Assembly: GCF_001517105.1 (NCBI RefSeq)
Contig: NZ_LPVF01000009.1
Location: 31,742-55,741, forward strand
Source of the DNA: Bacillus halotolerans
GTDB lineage: Bacteria > Bacillota > Bacilli > Bacillales > Bacillaceae
DNA length: 24,000 bases
Direction of reading: 5' to 3'
The notes beneath the pieces were generated by a model. That model saw only the letters and a program-made list of their open reading frames with translations, was not told where the DNA came from and ran no database searches. Made by a program: the position numbers and the translations under genes. Each line of letters begins with the position of its first letter. Within the stretch, counting starts at the first letter, position 1. Of this stretch, positions 17,952-24,000 are shown piece after piece.

Positions 17952-19151
17952 TTATTTCATCATCATCGTGAGGTTTCCGGCAGTAATAATGACGGTAAGG
18001 CTTAAAAAAAACATGAGAGACACAATAGCGAGAGCCGCAAAAATATAAATGACGCTTTTGCTGATGACATCGAGACAGGTAATGACCGGACCGCCGCCGA
18101 GCGGCTGGAGAATCGCGGCTGCCAGCTTGTAAATAAAAGCGAGAGAAAGCACTTTGATTGCCGGGAAAGCCGCAATACAAATCAAAATGGCGACACCCAG
18201 GATTCCCACCGTATTTTTCAGCAATAAGGAAGCGCTGATCACTGTATCTGTTGCGTCAGTAAACATTCTTCCAAGAACAGGAATGAAGTTGCCGGTAATA
18301 AACTTAGCCGTCCTGAGCGTAATGCCGTCTGTCACTGCCGCCGAGGCACCCTGCACAGAAATGACGCCGAGAAACACAGTGAGAAAGACTGCCAGCGCTC
18401 CTATGGCAATATTTCTGAGAAGATTGGACAGCTGCGTTACTTTGTATTGTTCAGTCATTGTACTGACGATGCTCAGAATCGCTGATAAGAAAATCAGCGG
18501 CATGACGATATTTTGAATCAGCAGACCGCTCGTATTCATTAGAAAGAGAATAACAGGATGAAAGAAGGCCGCAGATACAGCTCCTCCAGAGGAAGCCAAA
18601 AGCGCCAGCAGGAGAGGAATGAGAGCCAAAATAAAACTGGTCATCGTCTGAATCGCCTCTGTCGCATAATTGATCGCTATATGAAAGCTGTTCAGTGCAA
18701 GGATAATCAGCACCATATAAACAATTGCGTACGCAACCTTGCTGACTGTGCTTTGCTGAAATGCATTTTGCAGAAGCTGAAGAATGACGCAAAAAATTGT
18801 CAGCAAAATCAACGTGCCGAGAAGCTTTCCATTGGCAAGCACTTCATGAAACAAATAAGAAAAGAGAGCCTTCAGCCATTCTTGCGGTGAAAAAGATTTA
18901 TCGCCGTTTATAAACTCAAGCAAACTTCCTTTTTGACTTTCCGGCAGAAGCCCGCCGTACTCCGTCATTATGTCATTCCAAAATTCACCGATCTTGTCTG
19001 TTTCAAGCGACTCTGCCGTTTTTTCAGCCAATTGCTCCGGCGTTTCGGTATGTTCTTCTGTTTGGACCGAATCGTCTGCTGCTTGTACAATTTCTGTGCA
19101 GCCGAATACGAGCAGCACTGCAAGAACCAACGCCCATCGAAAACGCTTCAA
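17952..19151 (-). CDS. spoIIIAE: Stage III sporulation protein AE (polytopic membrane protein), 399 aa
   Basis: Signal peptide plus multiple TM segments; the sequence is recognisable as SpoIIIAE. TTG start at 19151-19149 is preceded by AAAGGAGG. Confidence 0.94.
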   Translation of the reverse strand: MKRFRWALVLAVLLVFGCTEIVQAADDSVQTEEHTETPEQLAEKTAESLETDKIGEFWNDIMTEYGGLLPESQKGSLLEFINGDKSFSPQEWLKALFSYLFHEVLANGKLLGTLILLTIFCVILQLLQNAFQQSTVSKVAYAIVYMVLIILALNSFHIAINYATEAIQTMTSFILALIPLLLALLASSGGAVSAAFFHPVILFLMNTSGLLIQNIVMPLIFLSAILSIVSTMTEQYKVTQLSNLLRNIAIGALAVFLTVFLGVISVQGASAAVTDGITLRTAKFITGNFIPVLGRMFTDATDTVISASLLLKNTVGILGVAILICIAAFPAIKVLSLAFIYKLAAAILQPLGGGPVITCLDVISKSVIYIFAALAIVSLMFFLSLTVIITAGNLTMMMK

Positions 19152-19169
19152 TCTGCCGCCTCCTTTCGG

Positions 19170-19571
19170 TTATGACATGGAAGGTATAAGTCCAAGAATC
19201 GTTTCAATAATCACGGTTAAAATAGGAACAGCCATAACGAGAATCAGAATTTTCCCCGCCAATTCTATTTTCGAGGCGATGGCCCCTTGACCGGCATCCT
19301 TGGTGAGCTGCGCCCCGAATTCAGCAATATAGGCGATTCCGATAATCTTTAAAATCGTTTCAACATATACCATGTTGACATTGGCGTTAACGGCTATTTT
19401 TTCAATCATTCTGATAATGTCGTAGATTTGATCTACCAAATAGAGAAAAATAACACATCCGGCAAATACGACAATTAAAAAGGCAAATGTCGGCTTTTGT
19501 TCTTTTACGATCAAAGAAAGGAAGGTGGCGATCAGCCCTAAACCTACAATTTGAACAATGTCAATCTGTAA
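19170..19571 (-). CDS. spoIIIAD: Stage III sporulation protein AD (small polytopic membrane protein); 5' boundary uncertain
   Basis: The frame is open from the spoIIIAC stop. The N-terminal segment (L)QIDIVQIVGLGLIATFLS reads as genuine TM sequence upstream of the TTG (19514) used by the ORF track. The codon at the expected start (19571-19569) is TTA, which is not a start codon. ATT at 19565-19563 is an alternative. Confidence 0.8.
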   Translation of the reverse strand, partial: LQIDIVQIVGLGLIATFLSLIVKEQKPTFAFLIVVFAGCVIFLYLVDQIYDIIRMIEKIAVNANVNMVYVETILKIIGIAYIAEFGAQLTKDAGQGAIASKIELAGKILILVMAVPILTVIIETILGLIPSMS

Positions 19572-19577
19572 GCCCCC

Positions 19578-19784
19578 CTATCCTTGAAATAAAAACACAG
19601 CTTTTATCTTTTTAAAGAGGTCATCCACAATGGTGGCGACCATAAATAAAATATAGATAAAACCTAACAGCGTCACCCACTGGGCGTATTCTTTTTTTCC
19701 CATCTGATCCAAAATCGTGTGTAAAAAAGCGACCACGATTCCCACTCCGGCGATTTGAAAAATGACATTAACGTCTACTCCCAT
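19578..19784 (-). CDS. spoIIIAC: Stage III sporulation protein AC, 68 aa
   Basis: Two-TM small protein (MGVDVNVIFQIAGVGIVVAFLHTILDQ...). RBS is GAGGGGAG. Operon position. Confidence 0.93.
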   Translation of the reverse strand: MGVDVNVIFQIAGVGIVVAFLHTILDQMGKKEYAQWVTLLGFIYILFMVATIVDDLFKKIKAVFLFQG

Positions 19785-19806
19785 TTTATTTTTGCTCCCC
19801 TCACGT

Positions 19807-20322
19807 TTACATCAATAGAAGAATGAGTAACAAGCCCGCTAAAAAGCCTAAACTTTTTATCATCTTTTCATTTTTCGCTTGTGCCTGCTCAGCATCCGCT
19901 TCCGATGCCTCTAAGTGTGTAAGTGCCAGCTTGATATGTTTTTGCTGTGAGATTCGATCGTGAATCCCAAGCGTCTCGCCGAATTGCTTCAGCACATCAT
20001 ATTCGGCTTTTTTCAGTGACATGTTGTCCCACACTTTTTTTAAGCTTTGCTCCCATGCCGTTTTAGCGGAATCACTGCCTTTCTCCAGCTGTTCGCTAAA
20101 ACTGAGAAACAGAGCCGAAACAGGCTGTGCAAGCTGTTTTGCGATCTGCTGTGAAGCGGTATGAAGCGGTGTATGGCCGTACATAATTTCCGCCTCGAGA
20201 GATTGGAGCGCCGCACGCAGCTGACGGATTTGCCTTGGCCGTTCTGTATAAATTTTCGCCGTCTCGAAACCTGTCCATGTTGTCGCAGCTACAATGAATA
20301 CAGCGCCTAACAGCTTCAGCAT
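19807..20322 (-). CDS. spoIIIAB: Stage III sporulation protein AB (GspF-like), 171 aa
   Basis: N- and C-terminal TM segments flank a cytoplasmic helical domain. The ATG overlaps the spoIIIAA stop by 7 nt. Confidence 0.93.
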   Translation of the reverse strand: MLKLLGAVFIVAATTWTGFETAKIYTERPRQIRQLRAALQSLEAEIMYGHTPLHTASQQIAKQLAQPVSALFLSFSEQLEKGSDSAKTAWEQSLKKVWDNMSLKKAEYDVLKQFGETLGIHDRISQQKHIKLALTHLEASEADAEQAQAKNEKMIKSLGFLAGLLLILLLM

Positions 20323-21239
20323 GTTTTCACGTCCCTCGTTCCCGAAAGCACGTTTCCGTCTTTGTCATAAATACGGCTTACCGTGCCCGGTCCCTTCGTT
20401 CTGGATAATTCCAAATAGCGGTCAAAGGCTTTTTCTTCCCACAGACGCTTTAATGAAGGCCGCTTCGTCAGATCAGAAATACTCCAGCCATGCGCGGATA
20501 CAATGACCGAAACACCGGCATGCAGCGCCTCGAGAAGTGCTTCTGTATCCTCCGTTCTTCCGATTTCATCAACGATTATCACCTCGGGACTCATTGACCG
20601 GATCATCATCATCAGCCCCTCAGCCTTCGGACAGGCATCTAACACGTCAATTCTCTGTCCGAATTGATGCTGCGGAATGCCGCGCAGGCACCCGGCAATT
20701 TCCGACCGTTCATCGACAATGCCTGTCTTTACGGGCGGAATCCGGTTCTTGCCGCTGCTCGCAAGTCTGGCAAGATCCCGAAGCAGCGTTGTTTTACCGG
20801 TTTGCGGCGGACCGATAATCAATGTATTCAGCCAGCCGTTTTGATGCAGATAAGGCAGCAGCGGTTCTGCAATACCAAGCTTTTGCCGGGCAATTCGTAT
20901 ATTAAAAGACGCAATGTCGCGGAGGCCCTTCACCCCTCCGTTTTCTGTAATGACTCTGCCTGCAAGTCCGACTCTGTGGCCGCCCCTGATGGTGACATAC
21001 CCTTTCTTCAGCTCTTCTTCGAGCGTATACATACTATAATTGCTCAGCCGGCTGAGGATCAGGTGGGCATCCTCGGCCGTGCCCGCATAGGACAAAAAAA
21101 GAGGTTGTCCTTTTCGTATCAGTTCAACAGGGCGGTTAACCCGAATTCTGATTTCTTCGATTTCCAGCCATTGATGTTCCGGTATTTCAGAAAGGGCGTT
21201 TTTCATGGATTCAGGGAGAACGTCAGCAATTTCATTCAA
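20316..21239 (-). CDS. spoIIIAA: Stage III sporulation protein AA (secretion-type ATPase), 307 aa
   Basis: Walker A GPPQTGKTT and Walker B IIVDEIG. TTG start at 21239-21237 is preceded by GAAAGGAGGAG. It is the first gene of the spoIIIA operon. Confidence 0.94.
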   Translation of the reverse strand: MNEIADVLPESMKNALSEIPEHQWLEIEEIRIRVNRPVELIRKGQPLFLSYAGTAEDAHLILSRLSNYSMYTLEEELKKGYVTIRGGHRVGLAGRVITENGGVKGLRDIASFNIRIARQKLGIAEPLLPYLHQNGWLNTLIIGPPQTGKTTLLRDLARLASSGKNRIPPVKTGIVDERSEIAGCLRGIPQHQFGQRIDVLDACPKAEGLMMMIRSMSPEVIIVDEIGRTEDTEALLEALHAGVSVIVSAHGWSISDLTKRPSLKRLWEEKAFDRYLELSRTKGPGTVSRIYDKDGNVLSGTRDVKTC

Positions 21240-21275
21240 CAGAGTCTCCTCCTTTCTACCGATCGGCTTCTTTAA

Positions 21276-21304
21276 AATGTATGATGTGAGGCAGACTTTA
21301 TGAC
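21276..21304 (-). promoter_or_regulatory. spoIIIA P1 promoter, sigma-E type
   Basis: - strand reads GTCATAAA, a 13-nt spacer, then CATACATT. This matches the sigma-E consensus (kmATAww ... CATACAnT). It lies about 37 nt upstream of the spoIIIAA start. Confidence 0.7.
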
Positions 21305-21314
21305 AAGCCTCTCT

Positions 21315-21596
21315 TTATTTGTGGACACCCGCTAAAATCAACACGACACCCGTAAAAATCAAGATCAGTTTTGCATATGACAGCTGCCCGGCAATTTGGT
21401 AGATTCCCACAGTCATGGTGATGATAAAAATCAGCGGACCGACAATAGCAAGAATGCTGTTGACCACAACCGCTTTGCGGACATCATTTGTCACAAGCAT
21501 CACAATCGCGGCCGTCAGCTCAATCATGGAGGATAAAACTCGCAATCCGGCCATTGTCAAAACAGTAGAATTAATATTTCCAAGAAAAAATTTCAT
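21315..21596 (-). CDS. yqhV: Small membrane protein YqhV, 93 aa
   Basis: Three hydrophobic helices (MKFFLGNINSTVLTMAGLRVLSS...). I take the start as ATG at 21596 with GGGAGAG upstream. The track's earlier ATG (21617) has no RBS. Synteny between efp and spoIIIAA. Confidence 0.85.
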   Translation of the reverse strand: MKFFLGNINSTVLTMAGLRVLSSMIELTAAIVMLVTNDVRKAVVVNSILAIVGPLIFIITMTVGIYQIAGQLSYAKLILIFTGVVLILAGVHK

Positions 21597-21695
21597 AGCA
21601 CTCTCCCAACCTCCCATTTTTTTATATGATATGCTCTAGCTGGCGGAAGTAGTCTTGCCATTTTCGTATAAAAGAAAGATTCTGTTTTTGCGCAC

Positions 21696-21726
21696 AAAAA
21701 AAGCCTGCTCCCAATTGGGAACAGGC
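21696..21726 (-). terminator. Intrinsic terminator of efp
   Basis: 10-bp stem gccuguuccc / gggagcaggc (21703-21726) with one G-U pair on the - strand and loop aauu, followed by U7 (A-run 21696-21702). It lies 13 nt after the efp stop. Confidence 0.85.
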
Positions 21727-21739
21727 CTCTTTTTTCTCC

Positions 21740-22297
21740 TTACGCTCTTGAAACGTAAGAACCATCTGATGTGTTGACTACAAGAGTGTCGCCTTCATTG
21801 ACAAAGAACGGCACGTTTACAACAAGACCAGTTTCGGTTTTCGCAGGTTTTGTACCGCCTGATGCCGTATCACCTTTAATGCCAGGTTCAGTCTCTACCA
21901 CTTTCAGCTCAACCGTGTTCGGAAGTTCGATTCCGAGTGTTTCATCTTGGTACATCATGATGTGTACAGACATATTTTCAAGCAGATACTTTAATTCCTC
22001 TTCAATTTGAGTTTCACTCAATTCAAGCTGTTCATAAGAACTTGTATCCATGAATACGTGCTGATCTCCGTTTGCATATAAGTATTGCATTGTTTTTGTT
22101 TCGATTTGCGCTTTTGCCACTTTTTCACCAGCACGGAATGTTTTTTCCTGAATCGCGCCAGTACGCAGGTTGCGAAGTTTAGAACGGACAAATGCCGCAC
22201 CTTTACCCGGTTTTACGTGCTGGAAGTCAACGACGCGCCAAATGCCGCCATCCACTTCGATTGTTAATCCTGTACGGAAATCGTTTACTGAAATCAT
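21740..22297 (-). CDS. efp: Translation elongation factor P, 185 aa
   Basis: Recognisable EF-P ([44 protein letters not shown]...). I take the start as ATG at 22297, preceded by ATAGGAGGA. The track's 193-aa form starts at a TTG inside the RBS region. Confidence 0.96.
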   Translation of the reverse strand: MISVNDFRTGLTIEVDGGIWRVVDFQHVKPGKGAAFVRSKLRNLRTGAIQEKTFRAGEKVAKAQIETKTMQYLYANGDQHVFMDTSSYEQLELSETQIEEELKYLLENMSVHIMMYQDETLGIELPNTVELKVVETEPGIKGDTASGGTKPAKTETGLVVNVPFFVNEGDTLVVNTSDGSYVSRA

Positions 22298-22321
22298 GTT
22301 TAATGTCCTCCTATATTCCAA

Positions 22322-23383
22322 TCACAAAATAATGAGTTCTTTTGGGGAATGGGTAATTGTCCGGTTGCCGTTTTCTGTCATCACGATGTCATCTTCAATT
22401 CGGACACCGCCTGTTTCTGGTATGTAAATGCCCGGCTCCACTGTAACCACCATGCCCGGTTCAAGGATAGCTGAAGATCTGACGGACAGCCCCGGCGACT
22501 CATGAACTTCCATGCCGAGCCCATGCCCGGTTGAATGGCCGAAGTACTCGCCGTAGCCTTTTGCAGCGATATGATCCCTTGTCAGGGCGTCAGCCTCTTT
22601 GCCTGTCATACCCGGCTTAATATGTTCGACGCCGAGTGCCTGAGCATCAAATACGACCTGATAAATTTCTTTCAATTGATCACTAGGCTGGCCTACAGCG
22701 ACCGTTCGGGTAATGTCAGAACAATATCCTTTATAGTAAGCGCCAAAATCCAGCGTAACAAGATCCCCGCTTTCAATCAGTTTGTCACTTGCCACTCCAT
22801 GGGGAAGGCTTGACCGAAGGCCCGAGGCGACAATCATATCAAAAGAAGAGCTGTCCGCTCCTTGGCTTCTCATATAAAACTCCAATTCATTGGCAACAGC
22901 TATTTCAGAAATGCCGGGTTTCATAAACGTCAAGATATGGCTGAAAGCATCATCTGCAATCTTCGCAGCTTCCTCTAATATCTTAATCTCTTCATTAGAC
23001 TTAATCAAGCGCAACTTTTCCACGGATTCAGCCACAGGCACTAATTCAGCCTCACTGATAATCGCGTTGTAAGACGCGTATGTGCCGTAGGTCATACTGT
23101 TTTGTTCAAAACCGAGGCGTTTGATGCCGAACTTTTCAATTGTGTCGGCAGTGGTTTGAATCAGGCTGCCGCCGTGCTCAATGATTTCAAAGCCCTTTAG
23201 CTGAACCTTGGCCTGCTCCGTATAACGGAAATCCGTAATAAACGCAGCCCTGTCTCCGGATATGACAGCTAAGCCCGCTGACCCTGTAAAACCGGTCATA
23301 TAGCGCAAATTGATGCTGCTTGTAATCAGCATTCCGTCTATCCCCAGCTGTTCGAACAAGTTTCTTAATTTCTCAAGTTTCAT
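22322..23383 (-). CDS. papA: Xaa-Pro aminopeptidase (M24B family), 353 aa
   Basis: Creatinase-like N-domain plus a pita-bread fold with metal ligands (DFGAYYKGYCSDITRT, HSTGHGLG, EPG.Y, IEDD). RBS is GGGGGAG, inside the end of aroQ. Confidence 0.92.
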   Translation of the reverse strand: MKLEKLRNLFEQLGIDGMLITSSINLRYMTGFTGSAGLAVISGDRAAFITDFRYTEQAKVQLKGFEIIEHGGSLIQTTADTIEKFGIKRLGFEQNSMTYGTYASYNAIISEAELVPVAESVEKLRLIKSNEEIKILEEAAKIADDAFSHILTFMKPGISEIAVANELEFYMRSQGADSSSFDMIVASGLRSSLPHGVASDKLIESGDLVTLDFGAYYKGYCSDITRTVAVGQPSDQLKEIYQVVFDAQALGVEHIKPGMTGKEADALTRDHIAAKGYGEYFGHSTGHGLGMEVHESPGLSVRSSAILEPGMVVTVEPGIYIPETGGVRIEDDIVMTENGNRTITHSPKELIIL

Positions 23384-23385
23384 CT

Positions 23386-23826
23386 TTATTCTCCCCCTTG
23401 CCGGCTTAATAAATAGCGAACAGCAAGCTTGTAGCCTTCAGATCCGAGGCCGACAATCTGCCCTTTCGCAACAGGAGCGATCACTGACTGATGCCTGAAT
23501 TCTTCTCTGGCGTATAAATTTGATAAATGCACCTCAACCACAGGAGGGCTGATGCTTGAAACAGCATCCCTGATGGCATAGCTGTAATGGCTCAGCGCGC
23601 CCGGATTCAAAACAATTCCGTCATATTGTTCCTCAGCCTCGTGTATGGCGTCTATCAAATCGCCTTCATGATTAGACTGGAAAAAAGTAAGCTGAATATG
23701 TAAGGCTTCAGCAAATTGAAAAAGATCTGTTTCAATATCTGTCAGTGTGTGACGCCCAAATACATCCGGCTCACGCTTCCCCAGCCGATTGACATTCGGG
23801 CCGTTCAAAATCAAAAAATGAGGCAC
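23386..23826 (-). CDS. aroQ: Type II 3-dehydroquinate dehydratase, 146 aa
   Basis: Type II DHQase sequence (VPHFLILNGPNVNRLG.REP..FG; HEGDLID; NPGALSHYSYAIRDA). I take the start as GTG at 23826-23824, preceded by AAAGGAGAGAG. The track's 166-aa form runs upstream through the terminator hairpin. Confidence 0.9.
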   Translation of the reverse strand: MPHFLILNGPNVNRLGKREPDVFGRHTLTDIETDLFQFAEALHIQLTFFQSNHEGDLIDAIHEAEEQYDGIVLNPGALSHYSYAIRDAVSSISPPVVEVHLSNLYAREEFRHQSVIAPVAKGQIVGLGSEGYKLAVRYLLSRQGGE

Positions 23827-23859
23827 ATGGCTCTCTCCTTTTCGCGAGGGTTTCTCATG

Positions 23860-23898
23860 TAAAAAATGTTCACTTCTCGTGAACATTTTATCATAACA
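23860..23898 (-). terminator. Intrinsic terminator of the upstream gene, overlapped by a candidate aroQ extended -10 (TGtTATGAT)
   Basis: Perfect 11-bp inverted repeat aaaatgttcac / gtgaacatttt (23863-23873 / 23879-23889) with a U-run on the - strand. TGTTATGAT on the - strand at 23898-23890 abuts the 5' arm. Confidence 0.7.
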
Positions 23899-23913
23899 AA
23901 AAAGGATAATACA

Positions 23914-24000
23914 CTATTCTCTCTGTGTTCCCAGCGCACGTGCCAGCTTTTCCGAGTTCAGCTCATTATATTCAAATGAAATTGAATATCCGACAAACAG
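23914..24000 (-). CDS. 3' end of an upstream gene (hypothetical protein; yqhR position by synteny with B. subtilis), truncated by the window edge
   Basis: Hand-translated open frame to the window edge: ...LFVGYSISFEYNELNSEKLARALGTQRE, stop TAG at 23916-23914, followed by a strong terminator. Only 28 codons are visible, so identity rests on position alone. Confidence 0.5.
   Translation of the reverse strand: MFVGYSISFEYNELNSEKLARALGTQRE

Noticed and set aside
17935-18792. Alternative-frame same-strand ORFs inside spoIIIAE (81 aa and 113 aa), plus + strand ORFs of 110-120 aa
   Set aside because: They are nested in a full-length polytopic membrane-protein gene. They have no RBS and an odd composition (Cys/Arg/Ser-rich), so they are frame shadows.
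20664-21275. 203-aa ORF on the + strand
   Set aside because: It is antisense to spoIIIAA, whose Walker A and B motifs are intact on the - strand. It has no RBS and no recognisable motif, so it is a shadow ORF.
1-24000. Scan for CRISPR repeats, IS/transposon ends, integrase/recombinase genes, tRNA/rRNA, prophage or defence-type genes, and composition shifts
   Set aside because: None were seen. Every ORF longer than about 90 aa with a credible start belongs to a recognisable conserved housekeeping or sporulation gene in the expected B. subtilis order. I cannot support a claim of a novel system in this window.

Overview
This is a core chromosomal segment of a Bacillus subtilis-group genome. From my recollection of strain 168 (about the 2.5 Mb region), the gene order matches: yqiG, spo0A, spoIVB, recN, ahrC, yqxC, dxs, ispA(yqiD), xseB, xseA, folD, nusB, yqhY, accC, accB, spoIIIAH to spoIIIAA, yqhV, efp, papA(yqhT), aroQ(yqhS), then the 3' end of the next gene. 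The proteins are close to but not identical to what I remember for 168. Only yqiG is on the + strand; all other genes are on the - strand, tightly packed with several 4-11 nt overlaps. Several ORF-track entries are over-extended at the 5' end (spo0A, ispA, spoIIIAG, yqhV, efp, aroQ), and I trimmed them to starts preceded by a Shine-Dalgarno sequence. I found no rRNA, tRNA, CRISPR array, transposase, integrase, phage or defence-island content, and I do not see a novel multi-gene system. This is an ordinary housekeeping and sporulation region. Seven things merit a second look. (1) spoIIIAF is split by a +1 frameshift in a 9-nt homopolymer. (2) spoIIIAD has TTA where its start codon is expected. 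(3) Two small ORFs below the ORF-track cutoff (59 aa membrane protein, 39 aa basic peptide) sit between spo0A and yqiG with their own promoter and terminator. (4) A terminator-like hairpin lies just upstream of xseA. (5) A 40-nt palindrome sits in the yqhY-nusB spacer. (6) dxs has a long leader. (7) The upstream-gene terminator and a candidate aroQ promoter overlap. All coordinates and motifs were read by eye and no searches were run.
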